This document shows, piece after piece, positions 44,393 to 54,723 of a DNA stretch of 64,000 bases (positions are counted from its first letter, which is position 1; every line of letters begins with the position of its first letter). The notes under the pieces are model-generated. The model did not search any database. It was not told the origin of the DNA and worked only from the letters and a program-made list of their open reading frames with translations. The stretch spans positions 730 through 64,729 of the forward strand of contig CAYTYC010000002.1 of assembly GCA_964442255.1 (NCBI GenBank). The letters run 5' to 3'. A program made the translations under genes and the position numbers. This DNA is from an uncultured archaeon. GTDB taxonomy: Archaea > Iainarchaeota > Iainarchaeia > Iainarchaeales > 1-14-0-10-31-34.

Positions 44393-45821
44393 TTCCTGGC
44401 CAAAAATCTGCCTTGCTTTCCTTCAGCAAATCCCTGTCCAAAAAAATGTTTGCTGCAATGTAAACAGTTAGGCCTGCAACTGCAAGCAAAACAAGTGAAA
44501 CCAGCCCTCCGGGCATCAGTTCCTTAAGAAATAAAAGCACTGCAGCCATTGCAATTGAAGCAAGAAAAGGTTTCCCAATCCTTTCCACTGAACCGGAAAA
44601 CCTTTCCCCAGCAATCCTTGTTGCCTTGAAGATTGCCAGGGAATTCACAAACAAACAAGCCAAAATCACGGTTATTGCCACACCCATTGCCCCTGCATTA
44701 GAAACAGCCGGAAGAATTAAAACAGCCAAAATAGTGAGGTGAAGCAGTTCGATTTTTGCAAAAAGCCCCGGGTTTCCTGTCGCAAGAAAAAAGTTTCCCG
44801 CAACCGCGCCAATCACCCTGACAGCCCCAAACAATGCAAGTACCTGCATCAGCCCGACCATTGGCGCCCATTTTGCGCCGAAAACAACTGAAACAAACTC
44901 CGGAGCCAGGGCAAACAACCCAAAGCAAAGCAGGAAAACCACAAGGCATGTGTAATGAAGGGTTTTCCTGAAGCCGGCCAAAAGCTTTTCCTTTTCTGCC
45001 CTGATTGAAGAGTAAGTCGGAAACATTACCCTGTTGATTACTGAACTCATCAGTACAGCCGGAAGGTTTGAAATCACCAAAGCCATTGAATAAAATCCAA
45101 GCAGCTCCATCCCCAAAAATTTTCCCACCACCCCGATGTCCAGGTTCAGTATAAGGAAAGTCAGGACACTTGAAACCAAAACAAATTTTCCGTAGCCGAA
45201 CAGCTCCCGCGCAATCCTTTTGTCAAACTCCAGTTTTGGCCTCCAAGAAAACACCAGGTAAAGCATTAATGTGTTTACCACCGAAAGCACAACTGAACCG
45301 TAAACAAGCGCCCAGACACCAAAGCCATTTGCGGCAAAGAAAACAGCACAGGCAAAGTATGCGGTGTATGAAACCAACTGCGCCTGAACAGTTTTCTTGA
45401 ACTTAAGCTGTTTTTCAAGCAAAAAATAGTTCACGTTTCCAAGGGAATGGAAAACAAAAACCAGTGCAAGAATCCTTGTAATCCATTCAATCCTTGCGTC
45501 CCCAAAAAACCCCGCAATAAAAGGCGCGGAAAAGAAAATCAACACAAAAAAGACTGCGCTTACAGCCATTTCAATCCAAAAATTCGTGTTAGCGGCCTTC
45601 CCTATTTCTTCTTTCCTGTAAACAAGCGCCGCACTTATGCCCAAACCCTTGAATGTCTCAAGAAAACCTATTACCGCAAAGCCTATTGCAAACAGCCCGA
45701 ATGCCTCTGGCAAAAGAAACCATGCAAGGATTATCCGGCTCAAAAACTGGATTAAAGTGGTGTAAACATTTGAGCCCAAAACCAGCCCAAGGCTTTTTAC
45801 AGTTCTTAAGGTCAACCCCAT
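44385..45821 (-). CDS. wzx: Wzx-type flippase (MOP superfamily), third copy.
   Basis: The N-terminus is LRTVKSLGLVLGSNVYTTLIQFLSRIILAWFLLPEAFGLFAIGFAV. About 14 TM over 478 aa. Confidence 0.75.
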   Translation of the reverse strand: MGLTLRTVKSLGLVLGSNVYTTLIQFLSRIILAWFLLPEAFGLFAIGFAVIGFLETFKGLGISAALVYRKEEIGKAANTNFWIEMAVSAVFFVLIFFSAPFIAGFFGDARIEWITRILALVFVFHSLGNVNYFLLEKQLKFKKTVQAQLVSYTAYFACAVFFAANGFGVWALVYGSVVLSVVNTLMLYLVFSWRPKLEFDKRIARELFGYGKFVLVSSVLTFLILNLDIGVVGKFLGMELLGFYSMALVISNLPAVLMSSVINRVMFPTYSSIRAEKEKLLAGFRKTLHYTCLVVFLLCFGLFALAPEFVSVVFGAKWAPMVGLMQVLALFGAVRVIGAVAGNFFLATGNPGLFAKIELLHLTILAVLILPAVSNAGAMGVAITVILACLFVNSLAIFKATRIAGERFSGSVERIGKPFLASIAMAAVLLFLKELMPGGLVSLVLLAVAGLTVYIAANIFLDRDLLKESKADFWPGIR

Positions 45822-45892
45822 TCAAATCAGCCTACCTTTTATTAATTGCACAAATAAATAAAAAAGGGGTTAGGGACAAACTTATTTCAGCC

Positions 45893-47065
45893 ATGCAGCC
45901 AAAACCTGAAACAAAAAAACCGGGCGGAAAAATGAAGGTCTGCCTTTTTGGGACTTACGATCCCCTTTACGCCCGCAACCGCGTGCTCCGGAAGGCAATG
46001 CAAAAGCAAGGCATTGAAACAGTTGAATGCAATTCCCCTCTTCCTGCATTTGAGGGAAAAGTGGAAGACAAACTCTCGCACATAAATTTTTTGCTTAAGA
46101 CAAGCTGGGAAAAACTGAAGACCTACTCCTACCTTACTTTAAGGTTCTGGAGAAATGGAAGGGACTGTGACGCAATTTTTGTGCTTTTCCCTTGGGAATG
46201 GGACGTTCCCCTTGCAAGGGTTTTCTCTTTTTTCACGCGCCAGCCGGTTGCTTTTGATGTTTTTGTTTCCAAATACAACACTTTTGTGTTGGACAGCAGG
46301 ATTTTCCCTGAAAAATCTTTTCAGGCGCGCTGGCAGAAATTCAAGGACACTTTTTCATGCTCTTTGGCTGACACAGTGCTGATTCAAACAGAGGCGCAGA
46401 AAAAAGTCTTCATTGAACTGCTTGGAGTTGAAAGAAAAAAATTGAAGACAGTTTACCTCGGCGCAGAGGATGACCTGTTTTTCCCCCGCCCTGAACCAAA
46501 AAACAAGTCATTTAATGTGTTGTTTTTCGGAAGCTTTGTTCCTTTGCAGGGCGCCCACCACATAATCCGGGCAATAAAGCTGCTGGAAAACGAGAAAGAC
46601 ATCCGTTTTAGGCTGATTGGAACAGGGCAAACTTATAGAGAATGCATGAAACTCGCGGAAGATCTTGGAATAAAGAGAACAACTTTTGCGGGCTGGGTCG
46701 ACTATGAATTCATTCCACGGGAAATTGCAAAAGCAGACCTTTGCCTTGGGCAGTTCGGGGAAAGCTTTAAGGGCAGCCTTTTCATCGGCCACAAGGTTTT
46801 TCAGGCAATGGCAATGCAGAAGCCAATAATAAACGGCGATTATGCTGCCGCAAAAGAACATCTTAAGCACAGGGAAAACATTTTCCTCTGCAAAACCGCT
46901 GATGAAAAGGCCTTGGCGGATGCAATCCTGCTATTGAAAAAAAACCCTGCTCTCAGGAAAAAAATCGCCTTCAACGCCTTCAAAACATTTAATGAACGGT
47001 TTTCCACTGAACATATCGGAAAAGAGTTAAAGAATGTTTTCAGCCAATTGCTTAAAGGGAATTAA
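45893..47065 (+). CDS. GT-B (GT4/GT1-like) glycosyltransferase.
   Basis: The N-terminus MKVCLFGTYDPLYARNRVL... is followed by C-terminal FGSFVPLQGAHHIIRAI...GTGQ...QKPIING. The track start at 45653 runs into the divergent Wzx gene; the ATG at 45893 (or 45932) is preferred. Confidence 0.7.
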   Translation: MQPKPETKKPGGKMKVCLFGTYDPLYARNRVLRKAMQKQGIETVECNSPLPAFEGKVEDKLSHINFLLKTSWEKLKTYSYLTLRFWRNGRDCDAIFVLFPWEWDVPLARVFSFFTRQPVAFDVFVSKYNTFVLDSRIFPEKSFQARWQKFKDTFSCSLADTVLIQTEAQKKVFIELLGVERKKLKTVYLGAEDDLFFPRPEPKNKSFNVLFFGSFVPLQGAHHIIRAIKLLENEKDIRFRLIGTGQTYRECMKLAEDLGIKRTTFAGWVDYEFIPREIAKADLCLGQFGESFKGSLFIGHKVFQAMAMQKPIINGDYAAAKEHLKHRENIFLCKTADEKALADAILLLKKNPALRKKIAFNAFKTFNERFSTEHIGKELKNVFSQLLKGN

Positions 47066-47090
47066 GTGCTTAAAATAAAGAGTTGATTTC

Positions 47091-47870
47091 ATGCCAAGAT
47101 TCGGCAAAAACTTTCCCTTAACACAGGGCCTGAACTTTTTTGGCAGACTCGGCTATCTGATTCACGGCTATCACTTCATTGGCGGATTCCAGAGAAGCAT
47201 TTACTTCAGGAAAGCGATAAAGGGGTTAAGTTTTGAGAGAATTCTTGACGCAGGATGCGGGGCGGGGGAATACAGTTTTTTTCTTGCGGAAAAATTTCCG
47301 TTCGCAAAAATTGATGCAATGGACAAGAATAAAACCGCCATCGAACTGAATAAAGCACTGCAGAAAAAACTCAAATTATTGAACATAACCTTTTTTCAGG
47401 GCGACCTAACCAAGCTAAGCAAAAGAAACGAATACGATTTTGCGTTTTCAGTGGATGTATTGGAGCACTTAAAGGAAAACGAGAAGGCAGTCAGGCTGCT
47501 TTTCAAGTCACTGAAAAAAGGGGGCTTTCTTTTTTTGCATATGCCTTCCGGCAAACACACCGAAAAAATGCTTAAAGAAAGAAAACTGAAGCGTTACGCC
47601 GAGTTCGTGAAAGAAGAGCACATAGGAAAAGGGTTTGAACTGGATGAAATGGTTTCCTTTCTGGAGTCTTTGGGGCTTAAAGTTCTCAGTTCAGGGAATT
47701 CGTTTGGCTTCTTTGGCGGAAAGGCCTGGCTGGTTGAACAGGTTCTTCATGAAAAAAGCCTTGGATATTTGAAGGCTATTGCGCTTCCCTTCCTTAAGCT
47801 CTTATGCCATTTGGATGCTTTAATGAAAAACAGGGAAGGTTTTGCGTTCTATGTTTTAGCGCAGAAGTGA
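47091..47870 (+). CDS. Class I SAM-dependent methyltransferase.
   Basis: Motif I is ILDAGCGAGEYSFFLAEK and motif II is DFAFSVDVLEHL. Confidence 0.8.
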   Translation: MPRFGKNFPLTQGLNFFGRLGYLIHGYHFIGGFQRSIYFRKAIKGLSFERILDAGCGAGEYSFFLAEKFPFAKIDAMDKNKTAIELNKALQKKLKLLNITFFQGDLTKLSKRNEYDFAFSVDVLEHLKENEKAVRLLFKSLKKGGFLFLHMPSGKHTEKMLKERKLKRYAEFVKEEHIGKGFELDEMVSFLESLGLKVLSSGNSFGFFGGKAWLVEQVLHEKSLGYLKAIALPFLKLLCHLDALMKNREGFAFYVLAQK

Positions 47871-49004
47871 AGAATAAATTCCGGCTATTTCTTTTGCGGC
47901 CCTTTCAACCGAAAACTCTTTTCTGGCACCTTCTCTTCCCTTTTTGCCCAGCTCTTCCGCGAACTCTTTTTCCCTTAAAAGTTTTTTCACTGCCTCAGCC
48001 AATTCTTCCGCTTTTCCCTCTTTAACCAGCAGCCCTTTCCCTTGAATGTATTCCTCTAAACTTCCCGCCCGGCTTCCCACAACAGGACAGCCTTGAACCA
48101 TTGCCTCCGCCCAGGTCAAGCCAAAGACCTCCGGCCAGAGAGGCGGGCAAACGTAAACGGCCGCCTTTGCATACTCTTCTCTTAGCTTCTTTTCTCCCAT
48201 AAATCCTTTGAACTCAATGTTTCTTGAGACACCTTCTTTTTCCGCCAGTTCTTCAACCTCTTTCCGTAAAGGGTTTTCCTTTTCCTGTTCCATTCCAACA
48301 AACCTTAATTTTGCTTCAGGAAATTCTTTCACTATTTTTCCCATGGCTTTAACCGCAATTCTTGAGCCCTTGAATTCCGCCATTGGCCCTGCAAAAAGAA
48401 TTGTGCTTTCTTCCCTGCCCGCTTCCTTAAGGTCTTTGAAATCAACCCATGGAACAACTGTTTTCCATTTTCCCTTGAGCAATCCGTTTTTTTCGTAGAT
48501 ATTTTTGACTTTCTCGCCTGCTGCAATGCCCAGGTCGCACAGGTTTACTGCTTTTTTGTTTTTCCTTGTCGCAATTAAAGCCCCCATCCCGACGCATGCA
48601 ATGCAGTTCATCCCCCGAACTTTTTCGCAAACCTTTTTGTCTTTTGAAAAGAGAATCCTTTTCCCGCACAGCGGCCAGTAATCATGCCCGAAGTATACAA
48701 CCGGCATTCCGGTTTCCTTTGCCTTCCGGATGGACTGCGTCCCAAGAAGCAGAACATTGTGAACCTGAACCAAATCAATTCCTTTTTCTTCCACAATTTT
48801 TTTCACCAGCCCCTTTGAATCCTTTTTGCTGCTTTTGTGTATTTTTATTTTGGAATGTGAACTCGGGGCCGGGTGGGAGGATGATTCAATTAAGTGAATT
48901 TCCTCCACAAAGCCTTTTTCCAGGAATTCGTTGAGCAGGAGCCTAAGCCTTTTTTCTGTCCCTGAACAGGAGATTCCGTAGTCATTGAGCACAAGTAATT
49001 TCAT
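47856..49004 (-). CDS. Family 4 (GT-B) glycosyltransferase.
   Basis: The N-terminus is MKLLVLNDYGISCSGTEKRL. The C-terminal EVFGLTWAEAMVQGCPVVGS is an E-x7-E-like motif. The track start at 49100 is trimmed to the ATG at 49004. Confidence 0.8.
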   Translation of the reverse strand: MKLLVLNDYGISCSGTEKRLRLLLNEFLEKGFVEEIHLIESSSHPAPSSHSKIKIHKSSKKDSKGLVKKIVEEKGIDLVQVHNVLLLGTQSIRKAKETGMPVVYFGHDYWPLCGKRILFSKDKKVCEKVRGMNCIACVGMGALIATRKNKKAVNLCDLGIAAGEKVKNIYEKNGLLKGKWKTVVPWVDFKDLKEAGREESTILFAGPMAEFKGSRIAVKAMGKIVKEFPEAKLRFVGMEQEKENPLRKEVEELAEKEGVSRNIEFKGFMGEKKLREEYAKAAVYVCPPLWPEVFGLTWAEAMVQGCPVVGSRAGSLEEYIQGKGLLVKEGKAEELAEAVKKLLREKEFAEELGKKGREGARKEFSVERAAKEIAGIYSSLLR

Positions 49005-49176
49005 TTCGTTTTCTCCCTCATTATTTGCACGAGCCTTTCCATGCAGCTTCTTCAGCTCCAGCCCGGATGCTGAATAAAACCCGCATTTAGTTGACCGCAT
49101 TTAACTAAAACGTCTATTTTTTTTAATACCTTTCTACATTATTCTTCTTTAGGCTCACGCCACAGGAAAGAAGCAA

Positions 49177-49941
49177 ATGAAACAGAAAAAGATTGCTGTC
49201 TTTATAATTGCCTACCAAGCGGTGACCACACTTATTTCCGCGATTGACAGGATTCCCCCGGGTTTGATGAAAAAATCCAGAGAAATTTATGTTTTCGATG
49301 ACTGCAGCAATGACAACACCTACTATGCGGGAATAGGCTACAAGTGCCTCAATAAGCTTAACAAGCTGAATGTTTACAGGAACAAGAAAAACCTCGGCTA
49401 CGGCGGAAACCAGAAAAAAGGCTACAATTACGCCATCAGGAAAGGCTATGACATTGTTGTAATGCTTCACGGGGATGTGCAGTATGCCCCGGAAAAAATA
49501 CCTGAATTAATTGCCCCCCTGGAAAAAGGCGAAGCCGACATGGTTTTCGGTTCAAGGATGAAGGGAAACCCCAGGAAAGGCGGAATGCCCCTATGGAAAT
49601 TTTTTGGGAACAAGTTTCTTACTTTCGTTGAAAACAAGGCCCTTGGGCTTAACCTTTCAGAATTCCATTCGGGTTTCAGGGCTTACTCTTGCGGGGCGCT
49701 CAAGAAGCTTCCATTCAACAAAATAACAGACGACTACTACTTTGACACCGAAATATTCATTCTCCTGAAAGAGAAAGGAATGCGGATAAGGGAAATCCCT
49801 ATCCCCACCCACTACGGGCCTGAGTCACATAAAATAACTTTCACGAAATCCGTCAAATATGGTGCAAACATCCTTAAAACTCTGACCAGGTATGTGCTGC
49901 ACAAGAGGGGCATAATAACCGTTGAAAAATTCAATGTTTAA
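49177..49941 (+). CDS. Family 2 glycosyltransferase.
   Basis: It has IAVFIIAYQAVTTL...YVFDDCSNDNT...VVMLHGDVQY. GT-A fold. Confidence 0.8.
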   Translation: MKQKKIAVFIIAYQAVTTLISAIDRIPPGLMKKSREIYVFDDCSNDNTYYAGIGYKCLNKLNKLNVYRNKKNLGYGGNQKKGYNYAIRKGYDIVVMLHGDVQYAPEKIPELIAPLEKGEADMVFGSRMKGNPRKGGMPLWKFFGNKFLTFVENKALGLNLSEFHSGFRAYSCGALKKLPFNKITDDYYFDTEIFILLKEKGMRIREIPIPTHYGPESHKITFTKSVKYGANILKTLTRYVLHKRGIITVEKFNV

Positions 49942-51549
49942 GGGGTAATCAAAATAAGGAAAAACCATTTTCTTATCGCATCAATTGTTTTCTTTGCATT
50001 TGTTTTAAGGCTTTTTCTTCTCCTCCAAAAAAAAGTTGTTTCAAGCGGAGATGAAGCGGGTTTTCTTTTGGCTTCCCTCAACATCTTCAATGTTTTCCAG
50101 GCCTCAGGTCAAGGCGCTTTCCTGCACATTTTTCGTTTTCTTGCTTTTCCCTGGGGTTACGTCAACATACTGGTAAATTCAGTTAACATTTCCCTGCTGT
50201 CTTTTTTTGGGGCCCCTTTAACCGAATTCACCTTATTTTTTCCCTTTGTTGTTCTGGGGAGCGCTTCAATATTTCTTGTTTACCTTGTCGGAAAAGAAAT
50301 CATGAATGAAAAAGCCGCCTTGATTGCGTCCGCAATTTTTGCGTTTATGCCTTTCCAGATAATGCATTCCGTAAGAAACCTTAACCTTGTGCCGCCGGCT
50401 TTTCTTTTTCTGCTTACAATCTATTTTTTAACCAAACACTTCAAAAACAGGGACTCAAAAAAGTTTGCCCTGCTCTCCGCCTTTTCCCTTGCAATGTATT
50501 TCTCCTCAGACAATGTTTTTTTGATAATGTTTCCGGCGCTTTTTTTCCTTGGGTTCTTTTTCTCAACCGGCAGGGACCTTGCCTCAAGAATTCGCGGGAT
50601 TTTTAACAGGCGTTTTATTGGAATAATTATTTTGACCCTGGTTTTGCTTCTGCCGCTCCTGCTTGTCCAGGCTTATTTTGTCTTTACAGGAAACCTCACC
50701 CAAGGCTTTTGGGGGCACCTGTTTGAAGGAAAGGCAAAACCGGGTTTTTTTTTGCTTGGCTTTTTATACCTTTTTTCAAGTTACTCCGGGATAGTTTTTA
50801 CATTGTTTTTGTTGCCTGCAGTTATTTTTGCGTTAAAGGAGTTCAAATCCAGGGAAAAAGACTTTTTTTTGGCACTGTTTCTGGTTTCATCCTTTATTTG
50901 GGTTTTTGTGGTTCCCAACACCCAGACAATTGTCAGGAATTACATGTATCATTCGGCGATTGCAGCGGCTTTTTTGGTTGGGTTTTTTCTTGAACGCATT
51001 GACTCCCATTTTGTCCTCAAAAAACGTTTTTACTGGACTGCCCCTGCTCTTGTTGCTTTGATTGTTTCATTTGCTTTGTTTGGCGGTTTTCTTGGCTTGG
51101 TTGGCACTGTATTGGATAAAAACACCGGAGTTAAAACCGCGGGCTATTATGCCAGGGAAAACATTGCACAAGGTGAAGCCGTTTTTACTGACCAGGACCC
51201 GACAATTGCAAGGTACTATTTTCACCTGGACACATTGGCTGTTTACGACTCCCATTCAGCCGATTTATGGGGTTACTTTGATTCAGTGAAAGAAAAAACC
51301 TCTTTCATTATTGTTGAGGCAAAAAACAGGGAAGAGGCTGAAAATCGGATGGGTTCGGCGTTCAGCAAAACAGCCGAAATTTTTTACGGGGGAAAGCCCG
51401 TGATGTTCATTTATTCAAAAGAAAAACTGCCTCTCCGAAGAATGAATTCCGAAGACTTTGACAAACTTTTTGACAAAAAATACGGCAAAATTGAATCCCT
51501 GCTGACTGAAAAAATCTGGGAGACCGCAAGCAATCAGGAAATCCGCTGA
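49942..51549 (+). CDS. GT-C-fold membrane glycosyltransferase paralogue with an ambiguous start. Its N-terminal TM and acidic loop motif are encoded immediately after, and in frame with, the upstream GT2 stop.
   Basis: The frame is open from the codon after the GT2 TAA (49939-41) and encodes IKIRKNHFLIASIVFFAFVLRLFLLLQKKVVSSGDEAGFLLASL (TM1 plus loop-1 DE at about 50050). The first ATG/GTG/TTG in frame is the TTG at 50068, which lies after the DE motif. It has 11 or more TM and a ~130-aa C-terminal domain. Confidence 0.5.
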   Translation, partial: GVIKIRKNHFLIASIVFFAFVLRLFLLLQKKVVSSGDEAGFLLASLNIFNVFQASGQGAFLHIFRFLAFPWGYVNILVNSVNISLLSFFGAPLTEFTLFFPFVVLGSASIFLVYLVGKEIMNEKAALIASAIFAFMPFQIMHSVRNLNLVPPAFLFLLTIYFLTKHFKNRDSKKFALLSAFSLAMYFSSDNVFLIMFPALFFLGFFFSTGRDLASRIRGIFNRRFIGIIILTLVLLLPLLLVQAYFVFTGNLTQGFWGHLFEGKAKPGFFLLGFLYLFSSYSGIVFTLFLLPAVIFALKEFKSREKDFFLALFLVSSFIWVFVVPNTQTIVRNYMYHSAIAAAFLVGFFLERIDSHFVLKKRFYWTAPALVALIVSFALFGGFLGLVGTVLDKNTGVKTAGYYARENIAQGEAVFTDQDPTIARYYFHLDTLAVYDSHSADLWGYFDSVKEKTSFIIVEAKNREEAENRMGSAFSKTAEIFYGGKPVMFIYSKEKLPLRRMNSEDFDKLFDKKYGKIESLLTEKIWETASNQEIR

Positions 51550-51566
51550 CTCCACAGCCAATAAAT

Positions 51567-52709
51567 TCATTTTTCCGCAACCTTCCTCAGCTCTTCAGCC
51601 AACAACTTTGCACATTTGTCCAAGGAGTATTCCTCCAAAGCTTTTTTTCTTGCCTTTTTTCCCATCTTTTCCGATTCACCCGAATTTTCTTTAAGCCAGC
51701 AGACCTTTTCCGCAATTTTTTCCGGGGAAGGAAAAGTCATTTCCCCGTACTTTGGATTTTTCCTTAAAGGAACACAGAACCCGGTTTTTCCATCCTCAAC
51801 TATTTCATTCATTGGCGGCTTGTCTGCCGCAATGCACGGAATGCCTGAAGCCATTGCCTCAACCAACGGAACGCCAAAACCTTCATTGTTGCTTGGAAAA
51901 ACCAAAACATTTGCGTTAAAATATTTTTCCGGCATTTCCTTGAATTCAGTCCACTGTGTCTCGGAAAAAAAGTTTTCTGAAAAACTTTTCTTTGTTTCCT
52001 TTATTTTCTTCGCTATTTTCCCCGCATGCGGGGAATATCTGTCCAAAGGGGCGTGAACCCTGAAAACAATTTCAGGGTGTTTTTCCAGAACAAATGGAAT
52101 TGAATCCAGGAAGGGAAGGATTCCTTTCGCGTAATGCGCCCTGTTAACAAACAAAACCTCAAACCCGCTTTTCCCGTCTTTTGGGGAAAAAAGTTCGGTG
52201 TCAACACCCAAGGGAATGTTCTCAACATTTTCCAGCCCATTTGCCTTGAACTCTTCTTTTGCCCATTTGCTTGTGCTTACAGTGAGGTCTGCTGCCTTTG
52301 CAAGCTCGAGGATTTTTCCCTTTTTTTCCGTTAGGTTTTCCGCCTCATGGATTGTCTGGAAGAAAACAGTCTTCGCCTTCGCTTTTCCCAAGATTTTTTC
52401 CAGGTTAACCCCTAAACAGAAGAAAACAATTGCATCCAAAAAACTGTCCTCCGGCTTTGCGAAACCGATTCCAGGGAAAAGCTTTTTGTCTATTCTGTTT
52501 CCGTAAGGGACTGCGTAAACGTCTGTTCCTTTTTCCTGCATCAGTTTTCCTACAAAGTAATAAGTTACAGCCGCGGCACCGTTTTCTGTTGGCGGGAACA
52601 GCGAGCACCACCCGACATTCAGCTTGTCTGGGTCAACTCTTGCCCTGCTTTTCGCCAAATCAATCGGAGTCAGGCTTGTTTCCAAATATTTTTTGGTTCT
52701 TCCTATCAC
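51567..52709 (-). CDS. Family 4 (GT-B) glycosyltransferase.
   Basis: The C-terminal motif is FPSNNEGFGVPLVEAMASGIPCIAADKPPMNEIVEDGKTG. Confidence 0.8.
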   Translation of the reverse strand: MIGRTKKYLETSLTPIDLAKSRARVDPDKLNVGWCSLFPPTENGAAAVTYYFVGKLMQEKGTDVYAVPYGNRIDKKLFPGIGFAKPEDSFLDAIVFFCLGVNLEKILGKAKAKTVFFQTIHEAENLTEKKGKILELAKAADLTVSTSKWAKEEFKANGLENVENIPLGVDTELFSPKDGKSGFEVLFVNRAHYAKGILPFLDSIPFVLEKHPEIVFRVHAPLDRYSPHAGKIAKKIKETKKSFSENFFSETQWTEFKEMPEKYFNANVLVFPSNNEGFGVPLVEAMASGIPCIAADKPPMNEIVEDGKTGFCVPLRKNPKYGEMTFPSPEKIAEKVCWLKENSGESEKMGKKARKKALEEYSLDKCAKLLAEELRKVAEK

Positions 52710-53632
52710 TTGTTTCCACCGAAATTGATTTTCAAAAGCTTAAGCGAAAGCCCTGCCTTTTCCCTTGCTTTTTCTTTGTCTGAAAGATATGAAACAGGAA
52801 AAAAAGCAACTTCTGCCAAGTTGCTGAGGGAGACCGCGGCTTTTAATGCTGTTGTCTTTGCGTTCCCGTGGTGTTTTTCGAAAAACTTCAACAAGTTTTT
52901 GTACTGCATTTCCTTTTTTTTCAGGGAATCCTTTGTGCTTTTTCCCCCGTAATGGATTGCTTTTACGCCGGGAAAAAAGTATAGTTTCCAGCCCTTTTTT
53001 TTCATCCTGTAAAACCAGTCGGTTTCCTCCACGTAGGCAAAAAAGCTTTCATCAAACATTCCCGTATCTTTTATTGCCTGCTTTTTCACTAAGTAACAGC
53101 TTCCACTGAAGTTCTCTATCTCTTCTATTTCTCTGTATCCGCATGAATCTTTTGCCAGTAACCGGTTTGCAAAAGGAATCCTTGCCCCAAACTCATTTGC
53201 AAGGGTGGGAAAAGGCGAACAGTTCTTCTGCACGCTTAAATCCTCATTCAGTATTTTGCAGCTTGCTGCCCCTGCCTTTGAATTCGAGTCCAAAAATTTA
53301 ACCATTGCCTTTATATCAGAGGAAAGCACTTTGACGTCACTGTTCACTATCATGACATATTTTCCCTTGCTTTTCCGTATTGCCTGATTGTGTGCCTTCC
53401 CGAATCCAAGGTTCTCCTTGTTCTTTATGAGGAGCGCTTCAGGAAACTCTTTTTCCACCATTTCTGCACTGCCGTCTTTTGAGTTGTTGTCCACCACAAT
53501 TATTTCAAGGCTTTTGCCTTTAAGCTCTTTTTTTATTGACTTAATGCATTGTTTTGTGAGTTCTCTTGTGTTCCAGGACGCAATGCTTACTGAAATGTCT
53601 GTTCCTTTCCGCATATAAAAAAAACACTGCAA
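52706..53632 (-). CDS. Family 2 glycosyltransferase.
   Basis: It has VSIASWNTRELTKQCIKSI...IIVVDNNSKDGS...MIVNSDV. It overlaps the upstream GT4 by 4 nt. Confidence 0.8.
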   Translation of the reverse strand: MQCFFYMRKGTDISVSIASWNTRELTKQCIKSIKKELKGKSLEIIVVDNNSKDGSAEMVEKEFPEALLIKNKENLGFGKAHNQAIRKSKGKYVMIVNSDVKVLSSDIKAMVKFLDSNSKAGAASCKILNEDLSVQKNCSPFPTLANEFGARIPFANRLLAKDSCGYREIEEIENFSGSCYLVKKQAIKDTGMFDESFFAYVEETDWFYRMKKKGWKLYFFPGVKAIHYGGKSTKDSLKKKEMQYKNLLKFFEKHHGNAKTTALKAAVSLSNLAEVAFFPVSYLSDKEKAREKAGLSLKLLKINFGGNK

Positions 53633-53649
53633 AAAACTTTTAATAAACT

Positions 53650-54723
53650 CTAACGGGCTGACTCAATGATTTTTTTCCATTTCTTGATGTAAACGGCTGA
53701 ATCAAATCTTTTGCTCCATTCAATACAGTCTTTTTTCATTGCCTTGGCCCGATTTTCATTTAACCCCCTGACTGCCTTGATTATTTCCTCTTTTTTTGGT
53801 TCAACAGGAAAACCGGTTTTTTCTTTGACCACTGTTTCCCTGCAGCCTCCCTCATTCACCGCAATGCAGGGCTTTCCTGAAGCATTGCCTTCCAACGGAA
53901 CCATTCCAAAGTCCTCATCCACTGGCATATAAACTGTCGCAAAGCAGTTCGCGTAATATTCCGCCAGTTTTTTTTCCGTAAGCCTTCCCACACACTTAAT
54001 GTTCCCGTGTTTTTCGGCAATCTTCCTTATGTTTTTTTCTTCAGGCCCGAAACCCGCTATCACCAGCTTTTTCTCCTGCATCTCCGCGAATGCCTCTGCA
54101 ATTAACCCAAACCTTTTTTCCGGAACAAGCCTGCCTGCAGTAAAATAAAAGTCACCGAATTTGCTGAAGTAATATTTCTTTGTTTCAATGGGGGGGTAAA
54201 CAATCTCTGAATCCAAACCATAAAATTTTTTCACCCGTGACTGCACGTTCTTTGAGATTGAAACGATTTTTTTGAACCTTTTTTTAACGGCTTTCTGGTC
54301 CCTTGGGCAAAAAAAATCAATATACCGTTTCCAAAGCAGTTTCTGCAGAAAACCCAATTCATTCATTCTTCGCTTGCGCAAATCGTAAAGAGTCCTGTTT
54401 GGCGTAACGCACAACCATATGTTGTTTTGATTTTCCTGTGCCCCGTAAACGGAAAAAAACCCTGAAAAAATGTTCACGTCATACTCGAATCTTTTCCTAT
54501 TAAGATAAAACCTTGCCGCGCTTTCCAGCCACCCCAGTCTTTCATTAAACTTAACGCTCCAGTTTCCCAAATCAATTACTTTTCCCTTAACCCATTCCCT
54601 GTAAACTTCTTTTCTGTAGCCGCAGGTTATGATGTCCGCATTCAGTTCGTTCGCCAGCACGGCTGAAATCCTTTCCGCGCCCCCTCCCTGCATAAAGGAG
54701 TCAAAACAAATCGATATCCGCAT
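53650..54723 (-). CDS. Family 4 (GT-B) glycosyltransferase.
   Basis: The N-terminus is MRISICFDSFMQGGGAERI. The C-terminus is DEDFGMVPLEGNASGKPCIAVNEGGCRETV. The track start at 54783 is trimmed to the ATG at 54723. Confidence 0.8.
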   Translation of the reverse strand: MRISICFDSFMQGGGAERISAVLANELNADIITCGYRKEVYREWVKGKVIDLGNWSVKFNERLGWLESAARFYLNRKRFEYDVNIFSGFFSVYGAQENQNNIWLCVTPNRTLYDLRKRRMNELGFLQKLLWKRYIDFFCPRDQKAVKKRFKKIVSISKNVQSRVKKFYGLDSEIVYPPIETKKYYFSKFGDFYFTAGRLVPEKRFGLIAEAFAEMQEKKLVIAGFGPEEKNIRKIAEKHGNIKCVGRLTEKKLAEYYANCFATVYMPVDEDFGMVPLEGNASGKPCIAVNEGGCRETVVKEKTGFPVEPKKEEIIKAVRGLNENRAKAMKKDCIEWSKRFDSAVYIKKWKKIIESAR

